From: Bacillota bacterium
GTDB taxonomy: Bacteria; Bacillota; Dehalobacteriia; UBA4068; UBA4997
Length of the DNA: 64,000 nucleotides
Assembly: GCA_021769035.1 (NCBI GenBank)
Contig: JAETTP010000001.1
Span: forward strand, 35,408 to 99,407
Direction: 5' to 3'
The notes under the pieces were generated by a model. The model was not told where the DNA came from. It made no database searches and saw only the letters and a list, made by a program, of their open reading frames with translations. A program made the translations under genes and the position numbers. Positions 1 through 9,712 of the stretch are shown in pieces (the stretch's first letter is position 1; every line of letters begins with the position of its first letter).

Positions 1-412
1 CCCAGTTTCTCAGTAGTGGTTGCTTTCAAGCCCACCGCGGCGGCTTCTATTCCCAGAGCCGCCGCCAAATTTTGCCGCATAGCCATAATATGCGGGGCCA
101 TTTTGGGCCGCTCCGCCATAATCACCGCGTCCACATTGGCAATCTGCCAGCCCTCGCCGCGCACCATTGCCGCCACCCGGGCCAGTAGCTGCAAGCTGTC
201 CGCTCCGGCATATTGCGGGTCAGTATCCGGAAACAGCCGGCCAATATCCGGCAGGGCAGCCGCGCCCAGCAGCGCGTCCATCAGGGCGTGGCAAAGCACG
301 TCCGCGTCGGAATGGCCCAGCAAACCCAGCGGGTGCGCCAGTTGCACGCCGCCCAAAATCAGCGGCCGGCCGGCCACCAAACGGTGAACATCATATCCCA
401 AACCAACGCGCA
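1..412 (-). CDS. ispF: 2-C-methyl-D-erythritol 2,4-cyclodiphosphate synthase, truncated by window edge
   Basis: Reverse-complement translation starts GTG at 410-412 ([23 protein letters not shown]...[19 protein letters not shown]...). Classic IspF motifs. Overlaps ispD stop. Not in ORF track because it runs off the edge. Confidence 0.85.
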
Positions 413-1171
413 CTAGCAATCGCCTCCCGTCTTCTCCGCCAAAATCAACTCCGCCAGCTGCAAATCCCGCGGCGTGGTGATTTTAATATTATCCGCACTG
501 CCAGAAACCAAAGCCACCTGCCCGCGCACACTGGCCGCCAGCAGGGCGGCGTCATCGGTGAAATCCTTATCCAGGGTGGAGTAGGCCTCGATAAAAGGCT
601 CAATGGCAAAAACCTGCGGCGTTAAGGCCCGCCAAAGCAGCTCCCGCGGGGGGCTGCCCTCAATCGGCCCCACCAGCTGGCCGGGAGCGGAGGCAACCGC
701 CGCCTTGGGCAGCAGCTTGATGGTGTCCGTCACCGGGGCCGCCAAAATAGCCCCCAGATATTCCGGCTGGGCCGCCGCCGCCAAAACCGCCTGCCAATCC
801 GCCTGAGAAAGCAGGGGCCGGGCGGCGTCGTGCACTGCCACCAAGTCCGCCGTGCAGCTGATATATGGCAGGGCCGCCGCCACGGAGCGCAGCCTGGTGC
901 TGCCGCCCTCCACCACCAGGCCGGCCTTGCCCTGCAAATTTATGTCCGCCCCGCAAAGCGGAGCCGATAGGTCTGCAATCAACCGCTCAATCTGCGCCAG
1001 CTCCCCGGCGTGGGCCACCACAATAATCTGGCTCACCTGCGGGGCGCGCGCAAAAAACTCCAACGAATGTTGCAGCAGCGGCTTGCCAGCCAGCGGCAGC
1101 CAAATTTTGTTCACCGCCGCCCCCATACGCTGCCCAAGGCCGGCGGCCAGTAAGATAACCGAAACCTGCAT
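413..1171 (-). CDS. ispD: 2-C-methyl-D-erythritol 4-phosphate cytidylyltransferase
   Basis: [12 protein letters not shown]...[13 protein letters not shown] motif. Start moved to internal ATG ([11 protein letters not shown]) with AGGGG RBS; ORF-track start 1204 is a TTG without RBS. Confidence 0.85.
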   Translation of the reverse strand: MQVSVILLAAGLGQRMGAAVNKIWLPLAGKPLLQHSLEFFARAPQVSQIIVVAHAGELAQIERLIADLSAPLCGADINLQGKAGLVVEGGSTRLRSVAAALPYISCTADLVAVHDAARPLLSQADWQAVLAAAAQPEYLGAILAAPVTDTIKLLPKAAVASAPGQLVGPIEGSPPRELLWRALTPQVFAIEPFIEAYSTLDKDFTDDAALLAASVRGQVALVSGSADNIKITTPRDLQLAELILAEKTGGDC

Positions 1172-1233
1172 AAGAACCCCTAACTTTTCTGTAACACCAA
1201 ACAACCCTGATTTTCTACAGTCGATTTACCGGC

Positions 1234-2382
1234 CTACTGGGCTACTGGTCGTACAAATATCATGCGGCCGGTGGCGGTTTGCAACACGCTGCTGACCTCC
1301 GCCTTAATTTTGTGGCCAATATGCGGCCGGCCGTTTTCCACCACAATCATCGTGCCGTCCGGCAGATAAGCCAAGCCCTGGTTGGGCTCCTTGCCCTGGT
1401 GGATAACCTCAATGCTGATAATCTCGCCGGGCAGCCAAACCGCTTTTAGGGCGTTGGCCAGCTCGTTGACGTTCAAAATGCGCACGCCCTGCACCTGGGC
1501 CACCTTGGCCAAATTGAAATCGTTGGTGAGCACGGCGCCTTTCAAATCCTGCGCCAAACGCAGCAGCTTGTTGTCCACCTCCGCAATGTCCGGATAGTCC
1601 ACTTCCATAATCAGCACCCGGCCGGGCAGCTCCTTTTGCAGACGGTTTAAAATATCCAGCCCGCGGCGGCCCCGGTTGCGCTTCAGCACGTCCGGCAAAT
1701 CAGCCAAGTGCCGCAGTTCGTCCAACACAAAGCTGGCCACCACCAGCTGCCCCTCCAAAAAGCCCAGCCGGCAAACGTCGGCCATGCGGCCGTCGATGAT
1801 GGCGCTGGTGTCCACCACTTTCATCTCCGCCAACTGACCGGGGCTGTGCGCCGCCCGCCCCGCCCCGCCGCCCCGCCAGTTCAGCAGGCTGGCCAGCTCG
1901 CCCCGCTTACGGTGTGCCACCAACATGCCCAAATAGGCGAAAAACAGCAGCGAAACCATTGAGATATAAGGCCCGATAACGGATATTTTGCCCACCACGG
2001 TGTTTAACAGGCTGGCGATAATCAAGCCGATAATCAGCCCCAGCACCATGGCGCTAATATCCAGCACCGGCATTTTGAAAATGTAATTAATAAAGCGCCT
2101 AAACTGGCTGGAAATCATATTAAACAGCGGGGTCAGCAGCAAGGCGGCAATCATCACCCCCAGGGAGGTGGTGGCAAAAATCGCAATGGAACGCTCGCCC
2201 CAATCCATACCGTCGGAAAATTTGTAAACCAACCAAAAAACGGCGCAGCCAACAGCAAGATAAACCACCGCATTAAACAAAAGGGTTAAACGACGCAGCC
2301 AAACCGGCTGCTTGGGTTGGTCGCCCTCGCCTTTGGCCTCAAATTTACCGTCCGTTTTTTTAAGCTCCGCCTTAGTTTCCAT
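1234..2382 (-). CDS. yacL: PIN/TRAM-domain membrane protein (YacL-like)
   Basis: Four N-terminal TM helices then PIN and TRAM-like C-terminus. Conserved yacL-ispD-ispF synteny as in Bacillus. GGAGGTG RBS before ATG. Confidence 0.75.
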   Translation of the reverse strand: METKAELKKTDGKFEAKGEGDQPKQPVWLRRLTLLFNAVVYLAVGCAVFWLVYKFSDGMDWGERSIAIFATTSLGVMIAALLLTPLFNMISSQFRRFINYIFKMPVLDISAMVLGLIIGLIIASLLNTVVGKISVIGPYISMVSLLFFAYLGMLVAHRKRGELASLLNWRGGGAGRAAHSPGQLAEMKVVDTSAIIDGRMADVCRLGFLEGQLVVASFVLDELRHLADLPDVLKRNRGRRGLDILNRLQKELPGRVLIMEVDYPDIAEVDNKLLRLAQDLKGAVLTNDFNLAKVAQVQGVRILNVNELANALKAVWLPGEIISIEVIHQGKEPNQGLAYLPDGTMIVVENGRPHIGHKIKAEVSSVLQTATGRMIFVRPVAQ

Positions 2383-2600
2383 AAGTCACCTCCAAAACTA
2401 TACCACTAAAACCATAGCCCTATCCCCAATCAGGGCTGTTAAAAGGTTATTCTATAACCGCTTGGCAAAATCCTGCTGCGGCGGCAAACAATCGTTAATC
2501 AGCCCCGCTGCAACCACTGGTTGACAGATTGCCAGCCCCGGCAGGTTGCCTGGCAACCGGCTTTTCTGTTAAAATTAAACGCAAAGGAGTGATGCAAACA

Positions 2601-3281
2601 ATGATAAACGACCAAAACAATCCGTTAGATTTAGCCGGCCGCCTGCAACAGCTACGCAAACAGCGGGGCCTTTCCCAGGAGGAGCTGGCCGGACGGCTGG
2701 GCGTTTCCCGGCAGGCCGTTTCCAAATGGGAAAGCGCGCAGGCCCAGCCGGAGCTAGAAAAACTGCTTGCCCTCAGCGACTTTTTCGCCGTCAGCTGCGA
2801 TTATCTGTTAAAAGGAGAAGAGGCGGCCCCCCTCCCTTTACAACCGCCGGCTCCGCCGGCCGCACCGCCGCAGCCAAGCAAGACTAACCGCCTGGCCTAT
2901 GTGATAAACGCCAGCCTTTGGGCCTGGCTGGGCCTGCTGATTAGCTGGGCCCTTTGGAGCTACTATTACTATTCCTGGTGCGCCATGCTGGGCGTGGGCT
3001 TTGTGATGATAGGCGTCGCCGTGCTGGCAATGGGCCTGGCCGGCTGCCCGGCGGAACAGCAGCCCGGCCTGCTGCGCCGCTTTTGGCGCTGGAGCATTTG
3101 GCCCATCTGCCAAATAGGCTTGGGCATAGCTTGCAGTTGGCTGGCCAGCCACGGCGCGCTTTTGTCCCCCGTCATCTCTTTTTGGGCTGTCGAATTTGGC
3201 GGCCCCGGCATTTTCGCCGCCTCCTGGGGCGTTTGGCTAATTATCTGCCTGGGCGTTTGGCGTTGGAGCCGGCGGGCATAA
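2601..3281 (+). CDS. membrane-anchored XRE-family HTH transcriptional regulator
   Basis: LRKQRGLSQEELAGRLGVSRQAVSKWE HTH. C-terminal multi-TM region. Start chosen at ATG with AAGGAG RBS 10 nt upstream. Confidence 0.6.
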   Translation: MINDQNNPLDLAGRLQQLRKQRGLSQEELAGRLGVSRQAVSKWESAQAQPELEKLLALSDFFAVSCDYLLKGEEAAPLPLQPPAPPAAPPQPSKTNRLAYVINASLWAWLGLLISWALWSYYYYSWCAMLGVGFVMIGVAVLAMGLAGCPAEQQPGLLRRFWRWSIWPICQIGLGIACSWLASHGALLSPVISFWAVEFGGPGIFAASWGVWLIICLGVWRWSRRA

Positions 3282-3355
3282 AAGCAAGGGCGGCGGCATA
3301 TATATAGCTGCTACTATATTAATCAGCTTTATATATAATAGAAAAGAGGAGAAAA

Positions 3356-4111
3356 ATGCCGCCAACGATCTGGCTAGTAGGCCTGCAACCCGCCGGAAGC
3401 AAACCGCTCCCCTGGTGGAAGCGTATCTGGCAGAAAATCCGCCCCCAAACCCTGCCCGTCGGCACGCTGCCCGACGGCCGGCCGGTGCGCCTGCTGCAAC
3501 TGCCGCTAAGCCGGGCGGCCTTTCAGGCTTTGCCATTGCACCGCCAAAGGGAGGAGCTGCGGCGCGCCCTGCGTTGGCTGCAAAAGCCGGCCCGGCAAAT
3601 GCAGCGTTTGGGCCTGCCCCTGCATTTGCAGCTTTTGCTAAACCGAGCCGAAAGGCCGCCGGCTGCCCAGCTGCCTGACTGCCGCCCTTTGGCGGCGCGG
3701 GAGTTTGTGCGCCAAACGGCGGCCAGCCTGCCCGGCGGTTTAGCCGGCCGGCAAGTGGCCGTTTTGGGCGTGCGGCGGCCCTGGCACCGCCACATTTGCA
3801 GCGCGCTTTTGCAGGCGGAGGCCCAACCGATTTTATACGGCCCGCGCGCCCTTAGCCTGGCGGAATATTACTATCAACGCCTGGGTATAGCCATCCCGGT
3901 TTTTGGCGCGCGCAAGGCTATCCGTAGCAGCGACGTTATTTTGTTGCTGCCGGAGGAGGCGGCTCCCAAACAGGAACAATGCGGCGCGGTTTTCAGCAGC
4001 AAGCCGGTTTTCTGCTTTGCCGAGCCAATGGTGCAGGTTCCGGGCAATTTTGGCGGCCGTTTCAGCTTTGGCGCTTTTCCCGCCGGCCAGGCCGCGGCGC
4101 TGTTGGATTAA
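3356..4111 (+). CDS. hypothetical protein
   Basis: 251-aa ORF with strong RBS AAAGAGGAG. No recognisable motif. Confidence 0.45.
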   Translation: MPPTIWLVGLQPAGSKPLPWWKRIWQKIRPQTLPVGTLPDGRPVRLLQLPLSRAAFQALPLHRQREELRRALRWLQKPARQMQRLGLPLHLQLLLNRAERPPAAQLPDCRPLAAREFVRQTAASLPGGLAGRQVAVLGVRRPWHRHICSALLQAEAQPILYGPRALSLAEYYYQRLGIAIPVFGARKAIRSSDVILLLPEEAAPKQEQCGAVFSSKPVFCFAEPMVQVPGNFGGRFSFGAFPAGQAAALLD

Positions 4112-4285
4112 ACATTTAACCCCTTGGAGAAGTTAAACTCCAGGGGGTTTTGCTTATCTTACAATAATGTAAGATTGCAAGCCAAAATGCAAGCTAAAAT
4201 CTCTGGCAGCGGGCCGCCGCCTGTGCTAAAATATAACCAGAACTAAATGTTCACGTATAGTTGTTTTAGAAAGGAGCAAAAACAA

Positions 4286-5134
4286 ATGGCAATTTTAGAA
4301 GTACAGGATTTACAAAAAATTTACACCACGCGCTTTGGCGGCCAAAAAGTGCAGGCTCTGCAAAGCGTCAGCTTCAGCGTGGAAAAAGGCGAATGGGTGG
4401 CGATTATGGGCGAATCCGGCAGCGGCAAAACCACCCTGCTGAACCTGGTAGCCGCGCTGGATCGGCCCACCGGCGGCCAAATCCTGCTGGAGGGGCAAAA
4501 CCTGGCCCAAATCAAGGAAAGCCGCCTGGCCGCCTTCCGGCGGGACAACCTGGGCTTTGTCTTTCAGGATTGCAACCTGCTGGACACCTTTTCCCTGGCG
4601 GATAACATCTACCTGCCGCTGGTGCTGGCCGCAACCCCCTACAAGGAAATGGCTGCCCGCCTGCACCCGCTGGCCCAGCAACTGGGCATCAGCAGCTTGC
4701 TGGCCAAATACCCCTACGAGGTTTCCGGCGGGCAAAAGCAGCGGGCCGCCGTGGCCCGCGCCCTGATAACCAACCCCCGGCTGGTGCTGGCCGACGAGCC
4801 CACCGGCGCGCTGGATTCCCGCTCCTCCGACGAGCTTTTGGAGCTTTTCCGCCAGATTAACGAAAACGGCCAAACTATCCTGCTGGTGACGCATTCCGTC
4901 AAGGCCGCCAGCTACGCCGGGCGGGTGCTGTTCATTAAGGACGGGCGGGTTTTCCACCAGCTTTACCGGGCGGAACAGCCCCAGCAGCAATTCTATCAAA
5001 GGATTGCCGAGGCCCTGACCCTGCTTGCCGGCGGCGAGGCTTCGGCCCCGGCGCAGCCTCAGCCCGCCGGCGCGCCGCTGGCCCAATCAATGAGCGCGGC
5101 CATGCAAACCGCAATGCCGGGAGGTGTGGACTAA
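4286..5134 (+). CDS. ABC transporter ATP-binding protein (BceA/MacB-type)
   Basis: Walker A GESGSGKTT, signature LSGGQKQR, Walker B LVLADEPT. Start at internal ATG with AAAGGAG RBS. Confidence 0.85.
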   Translation: MAILEVQDLQKIYTTRFGGQKVQALQSVSFSVEKGEWVAIMGESGSGKTTLLNLVAALDRPTGGQILLEGQNLAQIKESRLAAFRRDNLGFVFQDCNLLDTFSLADNIYLPLVLAATPYKEMAARLHPLAQQLGISSLLAKYPYEVSGGQKQRAAVARALITNPRLVLADEPTGALDSRSSDELLELFRQINENGQTILLVTHSVKAASYAGRVLFIKDGRVFHQLYRAEQPQQQFYQRIAEALTLLAGGEASAPAQPQPAGAPLAQSMSAAMQTAMPGGVD

Positions 5135-7239
5135 TGCGCAGCTTTGGCTTTTACACCCGGCTAGCCTGGCAGGGCATGCTGAAAAACGGCCGCGTTTATC
5201 TTCCTTATATCTTAACCTGCGTCGGCATGGTGATGATGTATTACATTGTGTGCGCGCTGCAACTCAGCACCGCCGTGGAAACTATGCGCGGCGGCAGCAC
5301 AGTGCAGGAAATTCTCTCCCTGGGGCAAATCGTTATCGGCTTTTTCTCCCTGCTGTTTCTGCTTTACACCAACTCTTTCCTGCTGAAGCGGCGCAAAAAA
5401 GAGTTCGGTCTCTACAACGTTTTGGGTATGAGCAAGCTGAACCTAGCCCGCGTGCTGCTGCTGGAAACAATCCTCACCGCGGTGATAGCCGCAGTCGGCG
5501 GGCTAGGCCTGGGGCTGCTTTTCAGCAAGCTGGCGGAGCTCTCCCTCAGCCGGTTGCTTTCCGCCGGCCCCAGCCTGGTTTTTGAAATCTCCCTGCCGGC
5601 CATCATCTCCAGCCTAAGGCTTTTTGGCCTGATTTTCCTGCTGCTGCTGGCCAACGCCCTGCGTCAGGTGCACATGGCCCGGCCGGTGGAGCTGCTGCGG
5701 GCCCCCAATTTTGGCGAGCGCCCGCCCAAAGCCAACTGGCTGCCGGCGCTGCTGGGCCTGATTTTGCTGGTCGCGGCCTACTTCCTGGCCGTCACTATTC
5801 AAGACCCGGTTGCCGCGCTGGGCCTGTTCTTTGTGGCGGTGATTATGGTTATCATTGCCACTTATCTGCTGTTCGTCACCGGCTCCGTGGCTTTGTGCCG
5901 CTTGCTGCAAAAAAACCCACGCTTCTATTACCAAACCAAGCATTTTGTGTCCACCGGCAACATGCTCTTCCGCATGCGCCGCAACGGGGCCGGCCTGGCC
6001 AGCATTTGTATCCTCTCCACCATGGTGCTGGTAATGCTCTCCACCACCAGCTGCCTGTTTTGGGGCAAGGAGGCCGCCCTGCGCCAGCGTTACCCGCAGG
6101 ACATTACTTTTCACATCGACAATTTATATTATCCGCCGGACGCGGCCGCCGCGGCGGAGCACCCGGATTTGGCCCAGCGGCAGCTTTATGTGCCGGCTTA
6201 TCGGGAGCTAATTGAGGCGGAGCTGGCCCGGCGCGGCTGGGAAAATCAACCGCGGCTGGATTTCCGGCATCTTTCCACGGTGGCCAGCGTGGAGGGCAAC
6301 CAGCTGCTTTTTGACGAGGCCAAAATGAAGCAGGCCGAGCGAGTGATGCAGCTTAAAGGCTTCTACTACGCCCATTTCCTGCCGCTGGAGGACTACAACC
6401 GCAGCCAGGGGGCCGCGCTGGAGCTGCAAGCGGACGAGGTTTTCATCTGTGAGAACCCGGCCGTGCCCTACACCTGGAACACTTTGAGCCTGCCCCAGGC
6501 CGCCGGGCTGCCGGAGTTTAAGGTGAAAAGCCTGCTGCCGGAGTTTCCACAGGTGGGCGTTTCCAACTCGGAAATTATGGCGGATTTGTGGGTGGTGGTG
6601 CCGGACGTGGCAACCTTGCAGGAAATCTGCACCGTGCAGCAGCAGGCCTACGAGTACGCCTCCGTTTTGCAATGGTACTTTGGCTTTAACCTGCCGGAAA
6701 ACGCCGACCCCGCGGAGGGCGACGAGTTTGTGCGGGCGGTTTGGAATCAGTATGACCAGCTGGCCCAGCAAGCCAAGGCCAACGGGGAGTTTGAGCCGCC
6801 TTACCTGCATTATGCCGACGTCAACAACGAACGCGATTGGTATTACAGCATGAACAGCGGGCTTTTCTTCCTGGCCATCGTGTTGGCCCTGGTTTTCGTG
6901 GCCGGCGCGCTGCTGATTATGTATTACAAGCAGCTGGTGGAGGGCTACGAGGATCAGTCCGGCTTTGGCATTTTGCGCAAGGTGGGCATGACCGACCGGG
7001 AAATCCGCAGCAGCGTCAACTGGCAAACCCTGGTCTTGTTTTTCCTGCCGCTGCTCATTGCCGGCGTGCACCTGGCCTTTGCCTTTAATATGCTGCTGAA
7101 ACTGCTGCTGGCCTTTGGCCTCTCCAACGCGGTTATGCTGGCCCAGATCTGCGGCGTTTGCTATCTGATTTTCGCCCTGTTCTACATCGCGGCTTATCTG
7201 GTGACCTCCCGCGTTTACTATCGAATTGTGGCGAATTAA
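5134..7239 (+). CDS. ABC transporter permease, FtsX-like 10-TM (BceB-type) with large extracellular domain
   Basis: 701 aa. TM clusters flank a ~230-aa hydrophilic loop. Overlapping start with upstream ATPase (GGAGGTG RBS). Confidence 0.8.
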   Translation: MRSFGFYTRLAWQGMLKNGRVYLPYILTCVGMVMMYYIVCALQLSTAVETMRGGSTVQEILSLGQIVIGFFSLLFLLYTNSFLLKRRKKEFGLYNVLGMSKLNLARVLLLETILTAVIAAVGGLGLGLLFSKLAELSLSRLLSAGPSLVFEISLPAIISSLRLFGLIFLLLLANALRQVHMARPVELLRAPNFGERPPKANWLPALLGLILLVAAYFLAVTIQDPVAALGLFFVAVIMVIIATYLLFVTGSVALCRLLQKNPRFYYQTKHFVSTGNMLFRMRRNGAGLASICILSTMVLVMLSTTSCLFWGKEAALRQRYPQDITFHIDNLYYPPDAAAAAEHPDLAQRQLYVPAYRELIEAELARRGWENQPRLDFRHLSTVASVEGNQLLFDEAKMKQAERVMQLKGFYYAHFLPLEDYNRSQGAALELQADEVFICENPAVPYTWNTLSLPQAAGLPEFKVKSLLPEFPQVGVSNSEIMADLWVVVPDVATLQEICTVQQQAYEYASVLQWYFGFNLPENADPAEGDEFVRAVWNQYDQLAQQAKANGEFEPPYLHYADVNNERDWYYSMNSGLFFLAIVLALVFVAGALLIMYYKQLVEGYEDQSGFGILRKVGMTDREIRSSVNWQTLVLFFLPLLIAGVHLAFAFNMLLKLLLAFGLSNAVMLAQICGVCYLIFALFYIAAYLVTSRVYYRIVAN

Positions 7240-7454
7240 TTGGGCGAACAAAATGCAAATTTTTTTTGAAAAAGCTGCAAGTTTTTGTGGTAAAAAACGG
7301 TATTTATGATAGAGAATTAAATACCACGTCAAAATGGATAGTTAAAATAAATCGTTAAGAAAAACTTAATAATTCAGCTTATAATTAATGTTAAAATAAT
7401 AATGTTAAAATAAAAATGTGATATAAATAGTTGTGAATTTGGAGGTGAATTTTT

Positions 7455-8195
7455 ATGAAAAAGATTTGGCGAGCGATACGGATTTTGTTGGGCACGGTTT
7501 TGTGCCTGGGGCTGCTGGTAGCCGGCGGCCTCACCTGGCAAGGCTGGCAGCTTTACAAGGAGGCTGTGGAGGCCCGGCCGCTGGAGCAGGTGCTGGCGGA
7601 GGCCCGCGCGGCGGAAAATTACACCCCGCTGGCGGAACTGCCTCAGTTTTATCTGGACGCAGTGGTGGCCGTGGAGGATCAGCGTTTTTACAAGCACGGC
7701 GGCATAGACCCCATTTCCATCGCGCGGGCGGTGGCGGTGGATTTGCAGGCCGGCGCACTGGTGGAGGGCGGCAGCACCATCACCCAACAGCTGGCGAAAA
7801 ATCTTTACTTCACGCAGGAAAAGAAATTTGAGCGCAAAATTGCCGAGGTTTTTGTGGCCTGGGATATTGAAAAAATGTGCGATAAAGACGAAATTTTGGA
7901 GCTTTACGTAAATGATATTTACTTCGGCGCGGGCTACTACAACATACACGACGCCGCCTGGGGCTACTTCGGCAAGCAGCCGGCGGATTTAAGCGCGGCG
8001 GAAAGCGCTCTGCTGGCCGGGCTGCCCAACGCGCCCAGCGCCTACAACCCCAAAGCCAACCCGGAGCTGGCCGTGCAACGGCAGCGGCAGGTGCTGCGCC
8101 GCATGGTGGATTGCGATATGCTCACCAGCGAGGAGGCCGGCGGCCTGGTTTTTATAGCGCAGGCTCTGGCTTCGGAAACTGAACCAGTAACCTAA
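7455..8195 (+). CDS. monofunctional peptidoglycan glycosyltransferase (GT51)
   Basis: EDQRFYKHGGID and GGSTITQQLAKN GT51 motifs. N-terminal signal anchor. Confidence 0.8.
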   Translation: MKKIWRAIRILLGTVLCLGLLVAGGLTWQGWQLYKEAVEARPLEQVLAEARAAENYTPLAELPQFYLDAVVAVEDQRFYKHGGIDPISIARAVAVDLQAGALVEGGSTITQQLAKNLYFTQEKKFERKIAEVFVAWDIEKMCDKDEILELYVNDIYFGAGYYNIHDAAWGYFGKQPADLSAAESALLAGLPNAPSAYNPKANPELAVQRQRQVLRRMVDCDMLTSEEAGGLVFIAQALASETEPVT

Positions 8196-8231
8196 AAGCC
8201 TGCTAAAATTAAAGGAGATTTTACCATAAAA

Positions 8232-8275
8232 CATATCAAAACGGCGTTCCCGATAATCAGGAGCGCCGTTTTAAT
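8232..8275. terminator. bidirectional intrinsic terminator
   Basis: aacggcgttcc...ggagcgccgtt hairpin with flanking T/A runs between convergent genes. Confidence 0.5.
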
Positions 8276-8281
8276 ATTTCC

Positions 8282-8647
8282 TTACATATCCGCGCTGACG
8301 TCGCCGGTGCCGCCGGTGGCCATATCCGCGCCGTTCAGATAACCGGTGTTCGGCGTGGTTCTGGTGCCGCCGTTGCTGCGGTAACTGCTGTTGGTGGCTC
8401 CATTGTAACCGGCGCCGTTGTAACCGGTGCCGCCAAAGTTATCCAACCCATAGCCGACGCCATAACCCACCCCGGTGTAAGTGGTGCCGTTGCCACCGTT
8501 GTAACTGGTGGGAGTGCCCGTTGTCCCGGAACCGGAGCCCATGCCGGTGCTACCGGTTTTGCTGTTGCTGCAACCGGCCAATGCCGCCAAAAGCAGCAGG
8601 CAGGCCGCTAAAAGACAAGCCAATCTTTTCATTTTAAGTTTAGCCAT
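8282..8647 (-). CDS. Gly/Thr/Asn-rich lipoprotein
   Basis: Signal peptide with lipobox LAGC. Low-complexity GTG/YNG repeats. Start at MAKLK with GGAGG RBS. Confidence 0.6.
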   Translation of the reverse strand: MAKLKMKRLACLLAACLLLLAALAGCSNSKTGSTGMGSGSGTTGTPTSYNGGNGTTYTGVGYGVGYGLDNFGGTGYNGAGYNGATNSSYRSNGGTRTTPNTGYLNGADMATGGTGDVSADM

Positions 8648-8896
8648 TGTTTTATCCTCCATACTAATTTTTTATAACTGCGTTTTTAGTATGTGGTTTT
8701 GCGGCCAAACTATTAGCTCAAATTCTGGCAAATTTTTAAGATATTGACAACCAAAAGCAAAACGAAAACCCCCGCGGCAACAGGGGGCTTTCGCTGTGCA
8801 TTTTGTGTTAAGATGAATACACATTTTGTTCAATATTATTATAGCACTTAAACCAAATCGTTGTCGAGATGCAAACGATATTAAGAAGGTGCAAAA

Positions 8897-8938
8897 ATGC
8901 TTGATTTCTCCATTTTAAAATTGAACAAACAAAAATAG
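8897..8938 (+). other. decayed 13-codon peptide ORF (MLDFSILKLNKQK) at the toxin position of a type I TA-like module
   Basis: ATG after AAGAAGGTG. Ends in the shared aatagccgcc...ggcggctatt terminator as the full-length copies do. Confidence 0.25.
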
Positions 8939-9023
8939 CCGCCCAGTTTCGCGATTGTCGCGGCTATTTTTATTATAGAAGCAAAATCGAGGGCTGACCC
9001 GGTTTAAGGGATCCGCTCTTTGT
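8928..9023 (-). ncRNA. antisense sRNA, family 1 (orphan/decayed-toxin copy)
   Basis: Minus-strand TTGACA(9058-9053)-17-TATACT(9035-9030). Body aaatacaaagagcggatcccttaaaccgggtcagccctc... homologous to copies at 11.5, 22.3 and 53.3 kb. Ends in hairpin plus U-run. Confidence 0.4.
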
Positions 9024-9712
9024 ATTTATAGTATAACAAGAAAAATTTGATTTGTCAACTGGTTTTTTGCCAAATTCATACAAAACAGCTAGGCTTACTA
9101 GGCAAGTATTTTGAAGACCAGGTGAAGAATTTGTGAAAAAAAATTAAAAATAATCTGTATTTTAAACACAAAACCCCTTTACGGATTGCAAAGGATGTGG
9201 TATAATCAGCTAAGATAAACTCTGTGTAAACTGATTTGGTTGTGTCAGGTGATGAGGCACAGGGTTTGGGGCCGCAAAAAACGGCCTGGGAGGAGGTTAT
9301 AATTAACGTTCCTTATGTGCTGAAAAGCGCTCCGCCAAAGCTTGCCGGCTTTGGGCAGCTGTTACAGGGGCAGCCCGCCAAAGGCCAACTGCCAAAAGCG
9401 GCCGCGCAACCCAGCATTACATATAGGAAAGCATTTGAAAATGCGCCGTGCCAAAACGTCGGCTGAAGCTAGCAGCCGGCCCCTTGGCCGAAGAACGTTC
9501 ATTCAGCCGCTGGCACGGGCAAAATTACGCAAACAGCAAAAAGGTTCCGTTTGCCCAATTTGGTAGAAGCAATATAAAAGAGGACAGCTAAAAACAGCAA
9601 TTATTTTTTCTTCTCCTCTTTTTGCCGGCTGTTGCCGGTTTTGCTAAAAACAAACGCAGCTTGCCTTGCTTTTTGCTAACAAATGCAAAAAAGAAAAAAG
9701 GAGGAACAAAAC

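Noticed and set aside
6208-7332. 374-aa minus-strand ORF
   Set aside because: Antisense to the BceB-like permease. Typical long spurious ORF in a high-GC gene. Rich in H/Q/G with no motifs.
9236-9566. Cobalamin riboswitch or small ORFs (76 aa, 74 aa) in the SLC13 leader
   Set aside because: No B12-box (GCCACTG) or other riboswitch core found. The ORFs lack RBSs and look like GC-rich frame noise. Kept only as an unexplained long leader.
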